From: Thraustochytrium aureum
Lineage: Eukaryota
Direction: 5' to 3'
DNA length: 20,000 bases
Assembly (NCBI GenBank): GCA_012862495.1
Contig: BLSG01000238.1
Coordinates: 128,743 to 148,742 of the forward strand
Shown here: positions 1-10,846 of the stretch, piece by piece
Layout of the letters: every line of letters starts with the position of its first letter
Position numbering within the stretch: position 1 is the stretch's first letter
The notes under the pieces: generated by a model
Told to the model about the DNA's origin: nothing
Database searches by the model: none
The model's input: only the letters and a program-made list of their open reading frames with translations
Program-made: the position numbers and the translations under genes

Positions 1-145
1 TGCTGCCTGCATTGATACTTGCTTGCACGACAGGAGCCCTGGGATGGCGTAGGGGGTTTGCCGCCCGACCACGTGCGCGCGGACTTGGCGGCGGAGGATG
101 GGCAAGGCTTGCCGTTTGCTGATTCTGAATTGATTATTTGAGAGC

Positions 146-640
146 CTATGCTTGCTTGGGCTTTGCAGCGGCCTCCTTTTGAGCGCGGAAGGCTGGGGCG
201 GCTAAGAGCGGAGCGAACGACATGGCCCCGAGTGCGGCGCACCAAGCCCAAACCATGCCGATCTGGCCCCAACCGTACTCGGAAACAACAAGACTCAAGG
301 GGTACCCGGCCAACGTGCCACCAACCTGCGCGAGTGACTTGGTGAACGCGCCAGCCGTGGACTGCGCCTGGGGAAACACCTCGCGAGCTGTGCAGAGCTG
401 CGGTGAGCCAGGGAACGGCGACTGCGGCGGGCGAAAAACTTGCACTTACCGGTGAGGCCAACGAGCATGTGCGGCCCGAACGAGGCAAAGCCAAACATAA
501 AGTACAGCGCAACGAGCGCCGCCCCCTCGTGGCCTTCTGGCAACGGGAGCCACGAGATCCCAGCGATCACCGGCGCAATAAGGGCTGTAAACAAGACGAG
601 CGCGGGGCCCCGGCGGCCCGCAAACAGCCTGTCGCTGATT
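146..640 (-). CDS. MFS organophosphate:Pi antiporter family (GlpT/UhpC/SLC37-like), 3' part; exons 640-450 and 387-146; 5' end in gap
   Basis: The spliced translation ISDRLFAGRRGPALVLF...FGPHMLVGLT-A-REVFPQAQSTAGAF...GGTLAGYPLSLVVSEYGW matches the GlpT/UhpC C-terminal half (SDxLFxGRRGP loop, PxMLxG, AGxPL...GW). Several hydrophobic helices; stop TAG at 146-148. Confidence 0.85.
388..449 (-). other. 62-nt spliceosomal intron
   Basis: GTAAGT donor at 449, CTCAC branch-like motif, CACAG acceptor at 388. Its length joins ORFs 295..594 and 146..445 in frame and restores the family motif. Confidence 0.9.
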
Positions 641-1373
641 NNNNNNNNNNNNNNNNNNNNNNNNNNNNNNNNNNNNNNNNNNNNNNNNNNNNNNNNNNNN
701 NNNNNNNNNNNNNNNNNNNNNNNNNNNNNNNNNNNNNNNNNNNNNNNNNNNNNNNNNNNNNNNNNNNNNNNNNNNNNNNNNNNNNNNNNNNNNNNNNNNN
801 NNNNNNNNNNNNNNNNNNNNNNNNNNNNNNNNNNNNNNNNNNNNNNNNNNNNNNNNNNNNNNNNNNNNNNNNNNNNNNNNNNNNNNNNNNNNNNNNNNNN
901 NNNNNNNNNNNNNNNNNNNNNNNNNNNNNNNNNNNNNNNNNNNNNNNNNNNNNNNNNNNNNNNNNNNNNNNNNNNNNNNNNNNNNNNNNNNNNNNNNNNN
1001 NNNNNNNNNNNNNNNNNNNNNNNNNNNNNNNNNNNNNNNNNNNNNNNNNNNNNNNNNNNNNNNNNNNNNNNNNNNNNNNNNNNNNNNNNNNNNNNNNNNN
1101 NNNNNNNNNNNNNNNNNNNNNNNNNNNNNNNNNNNNNNNNNNNNNNNNNNNNNNNNNNNNNNNNNNNNNNNNNNNNNNNNNNNNNNNNNNNNNNNNNNNN
1201 NNNNNNNNNNNNNNNNNNNNNNNNNNNNNNNNNNNNNNNNNNNNNNNNNNNNNNNNNNNNNNNNNNNNNNNNNNNNNNNNNNNNNNNNNNNNNNNNNNNN
1301 NNNNNNNNNNNNNNNNNNNNNNNNNNNNNNNNNNNNNNNNNNNNNNNNNNNNNNNNNNNNNNNNNNNNNNNNN
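641..1373. other. assembly gap (N run)
   Basis: Run of N; hides the 5' part of the MFS gene. Confidence 0.99.
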
Positions 1374-1460
1374 CTGCGGTCCAGCCTCCGTTCGAGCCGC
1401 TGCGCGCGCAGTCGCTGTGTCCTGTCCTGGCAGCGCCTTCCCTCTTCCCTCTCCCTCAAT

Positions 1461-1645
1461 GCCAGCCAGCCAGCCAGCCTGCCAGCCAGCGAGCCTGCGA
1501 GCCCGCCTCGGTGGACGCCAAGCCAGCTCGCCGCGACACGGGAGAGCCGCGTGAAGGCAGGCAGGCGTCAGGCACGCAGGCAGGCAGGCACAGGCAGAGC
1601 TGGCGCGTGAAAGTAGTAGGCACGAGCAGGAGCAGGAGCAGGAGG
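1461..1645. repeat. degenerate short tandem repeats (GCCA)n, (GCAG)n, (GAGCAG)n in the MFS-UBR intergenic region
   Basis: gccagccagccagccagcctgccagccagc at 1461-1490; ggcaggcaggc runs at ~1556-1598; gagcaggagcaggagcagg at ~1624-1642. Confidence 0.7.
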
Positions 1646-1827
1646 CGAGCAGAATAGCCCGAGCACTTGCTTGCAACCGCCGAAAGTAGGCAAGGAAGCT
1701 CGGGTTGGTGATAGCGGTAGGATAGTTACATGCAGGAATGGACGGGCGGGCAGCGGCCTCGAAGGTGATGACAACGCGGTCTGGCGGAGCGCACGTTCTG
1801 CCCAAGCCAGCGCTTATGAACAGCAGA

Positions 1828-4800
1828 TCAATACAGTGGCGCAGGCGCCGGCTGGGCGAGGCCTGCGTCATGGCGAGCCACCCTCCCTGTGCGCGCAAGG
1901 CGGCGCAAGGTCTTGGTGTCCGAGCAGAAAAAGAGCCCGTTGGCGATTTTGCGGAGCTGCGCCACGCGCAACCCAGCGAGGAAAAGCGGTTTGCCGCGCT
2001 GCAACATGGCATCCGCCTCGCCATGCGCGTCAAGGTATATCGAACCGTATTGGAGGATGCGCGTCGCATCCACGGTGACGTACGCCGAGCTCATGCAGGC
2101 TGGCAGGAACGCGCAAACTCCTTCGCAAACAGCGCGACGGCAGTAAGTCGCATGCCGGTGAAGCACCTCATGCGTATCCCCTGCGCGGCAGGCCTCGGCG
2201 ATACAGACGATCAGCCCGCAATGCAAGCAGATCATCGAGCTCTCTGCCGTCACCGCCTGGCCGCAGTCTTGGCAAACGTAGGCTTGATTGCCCGCGTTGC
2301 AAAACTTGAGGTACAGGTTGGTGTGCAGCTCCGGCAGGTTGACCAGCGCGCCGTACTCTGGCGCAACGTTCTGTACAAGCGGCGGGAGGCCAGCAACGAG
2401 AAGCGCAGTTTGCGCTGCGGAGGACTCGAGCTCAGAGGCGAGAACGTGCGTCAAGTAGGCGCAACTTGCAAAAGCCGCCCTCTGCACCACGTCCAGGTTG
2501 AGCGCCGGGGCCGTGTCGCCCGCAAGCCACGCAGCGACGTCCACCAGCCCGACAGGCTGGACGGTCGCGGAAGAGCGCCCCTCGTGCGCCCCGAGCAACA
2601 GCGACGCGCCCTGCACGAACGCGGCGAGCTGCGAAAGCGCTGCCGCCGCGTTTCCGCCAGCCCGGGCCCACGCTCGCGCGGCGACGCGCACCGGCTCCGG
2701 AACCGCTCCGTACAGTCCAGTTGCGGCAAGGGGCACACACAGAGCGTCAAGCGCGCCGGCGACGCCGCGAATCACGTCATCCAGCGAGGCAGGCCTGCCC
2801 GCAGGGCCCGACCCTGCTCCAGCGAGCCGAGGCTCGTTTCCAGCCGATCCTGTCAGCCACGCTGCGGCCTCTTGGACGCTTTCTGCTGGGAGCGCCTCCG
2901 AACCTCTGCGATCGAGCCGGGCGTTCGGGTCGGCCTCCTGCAAGCCCCCCCCGCGCCCAGCCGCCTCGGCTCGAACCCCAACACCTAGCGCAAACACGAG
3001 TTGCCCAGCAGCAACGCTGACAACTTGATCGCGCGCGGCGCGGCCCACTGGAGCCTCGACGTCGACAAGAAGAGACTCGGCAAGGACATGGAGCAGGTTC
3101 CGCTGCGTTGCCAAAACGGCCGGCGAGAGTTGCGCACCAATGTCCCGCATCTCTGCGGGCCAAGTTGCCCTTGCGCCTGTCGAGTGGGTGTAGACACGTG
3201 CGGCCCTCAGCAAAAGCCCCAAAGTCTCGACCGCCTGCTGGGCCCCCGACTCGCCCGCGTTGACGTGGCAAAGAGCCAGCCTTGCATTCTCGGCAACAAG
3301 CGCGGAGAGCTCATCGAGTCCCAGCGGCGATCCGCGCCGACTGCTGTCGCGAGCCAGCATGCAAGGCACAGCGTCCTGAAATAGCTTGGTCACCAGGCTC
3401 GAGTAGGCAGGAGAGCACGAGACGTCGTGCAGGCCGCTGCCGATCCAACGCCTGCCCCGATCGGCGCCGCCGCAGCATCGCTGGCGGAGCAACCTGGAGC
3501 CCTTTCTGTCGGCGGACATGGACAAGGGGCACACGGCAAGACGATGTTCGCGATACTTCGGCAGATTGGGCACCGGAACTCGCCCTCGTTCACGTTGACG
3601 ATGTCTTGCCCCTCTGTCAAGGACGCCTGATAACGCTGTTGGCATCCAATGTGGACATAGTGACCGCAACCCTTGAATAGTAGCGTCTTCGCCCCATTCG
3701 GCGCCCACCGCTGCGACAGTCTGCCGAAGGGCTCGAGGCCTCGCGCATGAGACAAGCGCCTGGTCGCCGCTCGGACTCTCGCCACCGCAGCAGACGCGCT
3801 GCCTTGCGCGCCGATGACCGAGAGCTGCGCAGGCCCGGACAAGTACTCGTCTTCGTGCACGCGCTCGAGCGAGCCGCTCGCAGCAAACGCGACCATCCCA
3901 AGCGGGTTTTCCAAAGACTCGCCCTCTCTGCACAGCGCGCACTCAACGACAGCGCTGTCCGAGCTCCGTGACGAGGCTCGCGCCCGGTCCGCCCCTGAAT
4001 CCGCCCCGGACGGCGAGGTCGCCGCGCCAGCCCCACCGTCTGCAGGCCCGTCCAAGCGAAAGTCCCCCTCCATCGGCCGCACGCCAAGCGACGCCTCCGG
4101 GGCGTTTTCATTCATGAAGGCCGCTTGGCGCCGAGCAAACTCTGCCATAATGCGCGCTTGGCGTCTGTTCCGCTTTGACCCTGGCGTGGCTGATCCTTCT
4201 TTTGCAGCGCCGCCCTTGGTTTTCCCGCCTTGCTTTTTGGAGCTCGTGCTCAGCCCTGGCGAACCGCCCTCGTCGCGACTTGCCGACTCCCGCCTCGCTC
4301 GCGAACCATCCTCTGAAGGCAGACCCTCCGCCCCAGGCGGTTGATCGAACGGGTGCACATCCGTGCTCCCGCCACTTCCGCGGAGGCCTCGAAGGACGCC
4401 GCTCTGCCGGCGCTTCGCCTCAGACCCCCTGCGCCCAATTCGAGAGCCGGGCGACGAGCGTGAGACATCAAGGCGGTTCTTCGCCTCCCGGAACTCGCTC
4501 TGGAGCACGTCCAGGCCAGGGGCCAGCGGGGCCATCAACAGCGCAATCCGACGAATTAGCACCGAGACGAGCTCGGCGGCGTGCACCCCCCATCGCTCGT
4601 CCCCCTCAAGCTCTAGCAAGAGCATGAACAGGGAGATGCCGATGCACGTCTCCGCGCGCGCGACGGGACAAACGGCTCGCAGCGCGCTTGACGGAGCCCA
4701 ACCGCACTCGGCGGTACCAGCCGGAGGATTGGCAGAAGCGGCTCCGAGCTCGGGCCAGGCCCACTCTGCAGCCGACCCCTGCTGCGCGGCCCCGCCGTCG

Positions 4801-7800
4801 GCGCCGGCACGCCCACCGCCGGGCCAGTAGAAAGGAATGACCTCGCACGCGTTCAGCGCTGGGCTGTTGAAAGGGAACCTGACCCGTTGGTTCACAGCGT
4901 CGACGCGATGGTTGATGGACACAGACAGGACACGCAAGTCCGAAGCGGGCGAAAACGCGTCCTGCAGCTTGTGCGAGGGCCACATCCAGTTTAGCGTCCC
5001 GTCGCAGCTGTTGCTCCTGCGGCGTCGTTCGCTCAAAAGGCTGGCTTGCTGCTCTGGAGCCCCTCCCCCTCTTGAGCTGCCCGAGGCGCCTTGGGCGCGG
5101 CGGCGCGCACTGCCCCCCGCGCTGCGCTCTCCAAGAAACTCGCGGACCTCGTCGTCATAGCTTTGCACCATGTCGATGTCCGCAGCGAGGTCGACAGCCT
5201 GGTAGAACAGGCGAAGCGCCTCAACCAGGATCCCCGGGCGCGCGAGAACTGGCTCCTTGTTGGAGCCGCGCACGCACGCGTGAACGACCCTGAACACTTG
5301 GCTGTGCAACTCGGGGTTCCAGAGGATATTGAACGGCATCCGCGAGAAACCGACGAGGACCGTCCGGTCCTGCGCGAGCTCCACGAGCTCCAGAATCCCA
5401 TGCTCGGTGTTGACCACCGCGGGCATAGGCGAATCCACCTCCATGGACTCGGACACAGTGTCTGGGGTCGAGGAGCGCGAGCTGGCACCGTCTCCCAGAG
5501 AGCCCCCCGACGAGTGCTGGCGCCGCTCTATCTGTCGCCGCTTGCGTTTGCGCCTGTGGATCATCTTGAAGTTTTCCTCGACGACGTGCTGCTGCTCGCG
5601 CGTGTAGTGCGAGTAATAAAGGTCGATCTCGCTGAACCAGATCGAGTCCTTGAGTACGTAAACGCCTTCGGCGTCGTTTGAGGCCGGCGGGTGGTACTCT
5701 GCCACTTGGTTCAGCACGTCCTCGATGCGGGACTCTTCCAAATAGCTGTTGTGGATCTGGCTCTCGATCGCGCTAAAAGTGCGCTTGCAATGCGCCCCCG
5801 CCGCAAGCGCGTGCACGACATGCTTGCGCAGGGTTTGCTGCTGCACCTCGCCGATGCTGGTCCGGTCGTGCGCGAGCACCCCAAGGAAGCGAAACATGCT
5901 TTCGGCCAAGTAAGCCAGATGGTCGCTGCCAACCTGCTCCAGTTCGACACGCTGGAGCCTCCGTCGCCGCCGCCCGGGGCTTGGAGTATCAAGGCCGGCC
6001 CCGTTGCTGCCGAGGACTGGCGAGCCGGCAGTCCCCGCAGACCCCATGGATGCCGAGCCTGGCGAAAAGCGCGGGTCCTGCTCTGTGGCATCACCGCCCT
6101 CGCAATCGGGCTCGAGGGGCGCAAAGTCCCTCTCGTAGGAAAACACCTGGTCCAACTCGAAGCGGCGCTCCACCAAACGCAAAAAGGTGTCGCCATCCAG
6201 CACGGCGGCGGCGTACTGGAGAATGAAAACGTCCATGTCCAGACCAGAAGCGCTCCACGCCTTGTTGACGTACTGCATCGGCTCGAACTCGATCATCGAC
6301 CCGTTTCGCACCCACATGCGGGCTTGGACTTGGGCCATTTTCACCACGACCCTGAGCGCGTGCTCGGCAACAAAAACACCAAACCCTGGCGGCAGCAAGT
6401 CTGCGCCGACGAGATCGGCCAGCAGCGACTTTTTCCCAGCTCGTGCAGGGTCCAGGTGCGGAAAGGCCGCGAGGCGCGCGGCTTCGCCGATGGAGGTGAG
6501 CGGCTGCGTCACGCGGAGGGCGATGCGCGCGAGAGCGGCCCAAAACCGGTGCAGAGGTATGTGCACCGAGGTCATGTAGCTTGGCGACGAGACGACATGC
6601 TTGTACGAGGCGACGATCGTGGCGTCCACGTCGTCCGTGTTGCCGTTGCCCGCGTTGGCGAACCGCATTGCAGAGAGCCCTTGGCCCTGCATCCACGAAA
6701 CTAGTCGCTTTGTTGTCGCGCCAAGGACGCCAACCACAATGGCGCTGCGCGTCTCGTCGGTGGGGGCCTCGACAAGGGCCTCCCTGAACCCGTCTGTGAT
6801 GCGAAAGATGGCGAGGGCCAGGTCGAGCTCGAGCACAAAAGCAGACTCCCAATGCTTTGATATCTCGAACACGACGTGGCGGTCGCACTTGCGGGACTGG
6901 AGATTCATTTCCTGCAGTAGCAAGAGCACGCGCAGCGCTTTCGCAAGCACATCCGGGCGCTGCAGCACGGTGTGCTTGACAACACTGCCGTGTACCAGAA
7001 GGAGGCGCAAGTCCATGACAAGCCGGTCAAAGAGGCGGTCTTTAAAAACCGGGGCCCCGCAGTCGATTACCTGGTTGGGCTCCGCACTGCTGGACAGCGA
7101 CCGGAGCGGCGGGAACCCGCCGTCGTCGCCGAGCCTGCGCTGGCGCCGCGACCTCGACGGTTGTGGTTGAAGGTCGGCGCCGATGCGCTGCAGCACGTGG
7201 AGCGGGGCATGACCTGCCTGCCGACCTTGGGGCCGGCCGTTCTGCTCGAACCGCACCGTCGCAGCAGCAGCGAGCGCCTCGGTCGCCGTTTGGACATTGC
7301 CGAGCCCTGGCTGCAGCCCGCCATCGAGCATGGTGCCGCGAAACGCGGCCGCACCGGCCGCGGCGGCGGCGGCGGCCGCGGCGATGGTGTTGTGTCCGAC
7401 TACCGCCGGGCCGCCAAGGCTCAAGGGGTGGTCTTCTACGGATGGCTCCATCGCCGCGACGTCAAAGCGGCGAGGGGACGAGTTGAGCTCGGCTAGGCGA
7501 AGGACGCGGTCGACGATTATTCCAAGCATGTCTTCCGAGCTTCCCGTGACGAGCTGCCCGACCTGCGCCTCGCTGTTGCAGAGCTGACACAGCGTTCTGT
7601 CCAGGAAGTGGGTGATGCACTTGCGCACGCTCTCGGGGCCGAACAGGTAGTTGTCCAACAGGTAGCCGTAGTGCGTGACGAACGCTCTTGTGTAGTTGGC
7701 CTTGAACCGCTCGTCGATGAGCAGCCGCAGAAAGAGGATGCCCAACTGCTCTTGAACCTCCTTGTTAACGAAAATTCCAAACACGATGAGCGCGCTCAGG

Positions 7801-8339
7801 GGGTCGAGCTGCTTGGACGTGTACGACTCCACAAAGGCGTTGCCCACGAGCCGCCGGAACGGCGGGCCCGCCTCGGAAAAGGAGACCAGGAGCTTGATCA
7901 TGTCCCCACACATCCTTTCTCGCGACTTCATAAACCAGTCTTGCGTACACGACATCTGCTTGGGGCCGACCGCGTCGAAGGACGCCATGAACAAAACTTG
8001 AGCTCGGACATGCGGACCGCGCTGCTCGCGGCCGCCTCGCTTGTTGCTTGTCCTGCAAGCAAGTCGAGGGCGTCGCAGAGGCAGAGCACCGCCTCAAAGC
8101 AGAGGAAGCGGAACACGAGCCAGGCGCCTCGCCTGATTTGCGGCTCGAGGAGGCCAACTGGGTCTGCCCCCGCAACGCCAGGCTGACGGTGCCGCTTGCA
8201 GTACCCGGACGGCTTCCACGCGTTGGGGTCGCCGCAGTCACAGCATCCGCCGCTGTTGGACCTATAGATGCGAAAGTCGTGGCCCTCGTGCTCTGCCGGG
8301 TCGAAGCACTCGACGCACATGCACGAGCTCTCAGTTGTC
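1828..8339 (-). CDS. UBR1: N-recognin E3 ubiquitin ligase, UBR1/UBR2/UBR3/PRT6 family; 5' end in gap; two frame breaks (~7993-7996 and ~3430-3535)
   Basis: UBR-box CMCVECF...HEGHD...GGCCDCGDPNAWKPSGYCKRH (~8190-8323). SVHIPLHRF and WVRNG motifs. Winged-helix region (LRKHVVHALA...VAEYHPP...GVYVLK). RING CALC...CGHYVHIGC...GEFRCPICRSIANIVLP (~3535-3941). C-terminal C-x2-C segments and SIYLDAHGEAD..LQRGKPLFL (PRT6_C-like). Spread over ORFs 7928..8320, 3390..7994 and 1828..3942. The symbol denotes the family; exact orthology is not established. Confidence 0.92.
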
Positions 8340-9132
8340 NNNNNNNNNNNNNNNNNNNNNNNNNNNNNNNNNNNNNNNNNNNNNNNNNNNNNNNNNNNNN
8401 NNNNNNNNNNNNNNNNNNNNNNNNNNNNNNNNNNNNNNNNNNNNNNNNNNNNNNNNNNNNNNNNNNNNNNNNNNNNNNNNNNNNNNNNNNNNNNNNNNNN
8501 NNNNNNNNNNNNNNNNNNNNNNNNNNNNNNNNNNNNNNNNNNNNNNNNNNNNNNNNNNNNNNNNNNNNNNNNNNNNNNNNNNNNNNNNNNNNNNNNNNNN
8601 NNNNNNNNNNNNNNNNNNNNNNNNNNNNNNNNNNNNNNNNNNNNNNNNNNNNNNNNNNNNNNNNNNNNNNNNNNNNNNNNNNNNNNNNNNNNNNNNNNNN
8701 NNNNNNNNNNNNNNNNNNNNNNNNNNNNNNNNNNNNNNNNNNNNNNNNNNNNNNNNNNNNNNNNNNNNNNNNNNNNNNNNNNNNNNNNNNNNNNNNNNNN
8801 NNNNNNNNNNNNNNNNNNNNNNNNNNNNNNNNNNNNNNNNNNNNNNNNNNNNNNNNNNNNNNNNNNNNNNNNNNNNNNNNNNNNNNNNNNNNNNNNNNNN
8901 NNNNNNNNNNNNNNNNNNNNNNNNNNNNNNNNNNNNNNNNNNNNNNNNNNNNNNNNNNNNNNNNNNNNNNNNNNNNNNNNNNNNNNNNNNNNNNNNNNNN
9001 NNNNNNNNNNNNNNNNNNNNNNNNNNNNNNNNNNNNNNNNNNNNNNNNNNNNNNNNNNNNNNNNNNNNNNNNNNNNNNNNNNNNNNNNNNNNNNNNNNNN
9101 NNNNNNNNNNNNNNNNNNNNNNNNNNNNNNNN
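8340..9132. other. assembly gap (N run)
   Basis: Run of N; hides the 5' ends of both UBR and UFSP. Confidence 0.99.
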
Positions 9133-9133
9133 T

Positions 9134-9713
9134 GACGTGGACGACCGCGGCTGGGGCTCGCGCCTACCGCGCCCTGCAAATCGCCGCCAGCTGGTTTGTG
9201 CTGAACGGGTGGAGTCGGGCGCCGCCGCCGCGCATCGCCAAGGCGCAGCAGGTCTTGGCCAAGATGGGCGTCATGGACGCAGCCTTCTCCGTGGGCTGCC
9301 AGCAGTGGGTCGGCTCGCAAGAAGTGGCGTGGGTGCTAAGCTCAGTGTACGGGGTCGAGTCTCGCTTCCTGTTCTGCAGAGGCCAGGAGATACCGACGTT
9401 GGCGCGAGACCTTGAGGAGCACTTTTCGACAACGGGCTCGCCCGTTGTCTGCTGCGGCAACAGTCTTGCGCTCTCCATCGCTGGGGTTGCCTGGGACCCG
9501 GTGTCTGGCCAAGCAAAATTCCTCATCCTCGATCCGCACTACACGGGGGCAGACACCTTGGACAGCGTGCTGGGCAAGTCGACCACGCTCGAGGGGGGCT
9601 TTAAGGCGCCAGCCGTGGCCTGGCGCGCCCCTGCAAACGCGTTTAGCCCCACCGCATCATACACGCTGGTCCTCCCGCAGCGGCCGAATGCGTCTTGCAG
9701 CAGTGCGCCATAG
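9134..9713 (+). CDS. UFSP: UFM1-specific protease (peptidase C78, UFSP1/UFSP2 family); 5' end in gap; one extra base at ~9159
   Basis: DVDDRGWG (frame from 9134) then AYRALQIAASW (frame from 9162) rebuild the DDxGWGCAYRxLQ catalytic motif. Further motifs: IAKAQQVLAKMG, QWVGSQEV, HFSTTGSPV, ILDPHYTG (catalytic Asp/His), YTLVLPQRP. Stop TAG at 9711-9713. Confidence 0.9.
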
Positions 9714-9885
9714 TTACGAAAGCGCTAGTCGACAAGCGGCTTCTGTCGCGCGCGGGGCCCTTCGAAGGAAGCAGCCTCTAGTTCTAGAAAGAGTACTCGC
9801 CGAAGCTATCCTGTGGGCTGCTCAATCGCTCCATGGCATCTTGTGGTGGGCCTGCGGTCGAACGCGTGCGTAGCGGCCTGGCGCC

Positions 9886-9936
9886 TTTTTTCAAATTTTG
9901 AGGGCCATAAATTTGAAAAAAATGTCACATGTCACA
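9886..9936. repeat. AT-rich 13-bp perfect inverted repeat with 10-nt spacer, followed by a 7-bp tandem direct repeat
   Basis: TTTTTTCAAATTT (9886-9898), spacer TGAGGGCCAT, AAATTTGAAAAAA (9909-9921); then TGTCACA x2 (9923-9936). Confidence 0.85.
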
Positions 9937-10221
9937 GCACCGAGCAAGCGCTCTCCTGCGTTCGTTCGTGCAGGCCGGGACGACGCGCGCAGAGGGCGCG
10001 GCCATCACGTTTTGAAGCGGGTTCGTGGCTTGCGCAGCGCTGGACTGAAAGACCAAGTCGGGCACGGCAGCATGGCCGACTCCACCTCGAGCCAGCCCGC
10101 CGGCGACCCGGCTGCCCACATGCCGAGCGCTCCGGCGAAGTGCAGCAAGTGCGGACGGTCAGACCACACGCGCTCGAGCAGCGAAACTTGCCCGTTCAAC
10201 AAGAGCAGCGCTGCCCAGGAA

Positions 10222-10846
10222 NNNNNNNNNNNNNNNNNNNNNNNNNNNNNNNNNNNNNNNNNNNNNNNNNNNNNNNNNNNNNNNNNNNNNNNNNNNNNNN
10301 NNNNNNNNNNNNNNNNNNNNNNNNNNNNNNNNNNNNNNNNNNNNNNNNNNNNNNNNNNNNNNNNNNNNNNNNNNNNNNNNNNNNNNNNNNNNNNNNNNNN
10401 NNNNNNNNNNNNNNNNNNNNNNNNNNNNNNNNNNNNNNNNNNNNNNNNNNNNNNNNNNNNNNNNNNNNNNNNNNNNNNNNNNNNNNNNNNNNNNNNNNNN
10501 NNNNNNNNNNNNNNNNNNNNNNNNNNNNNNNNNNNNNNNNNNNNNNNNNNNNNNNNNNNNNNNNNNNNNNNNNNNNNNNNNNNNNNNNNNNNNNNNNNNN
10601 NNNNNNNNNNNNNNNNNNNNNNNNNNNNNNNNNNNNNNNNNNNNNNNNNNNNNNNNNNNNNNNNNNNNNNNNNNNNNNNNNNNNNNNNNNNNNNNNNNNN
10701 NNNNNNNNNNNNNNNNNNNNNNNNNNNNNNNNNNNNNNNNNNNNNNNNNNNNNNNNNNNNNNNNNNNNNNNNNNNNNNNNNNNNNNNNNNNNNNNNNNNN
10801 NNNNNNNNNNNNNNNNNNNNNNNNNNNNNNNNNNNNNNNNNNNNNN
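10222..10846. other. assembly gap (N run)
   Basis: Run of N inside the transposase-like ORF. Confidence 0.99.

Noticed and set aside
403..2069. Long ORFs running through N gaps (also at 8048-9415, 9813-11480, 13661-15433 and 17696-18890)
   Set aside because: Artefacts of translating N as X; they join unrelated contig ends.
1738..8186. Long plus-strand ORFs opposite UBR (e.g. 1738..2988, 5691..6704) and 14986..16458 opposite the MpaB gene
   Set aside because: Antisense shadows expected from high GC3; no recognisable motifs.
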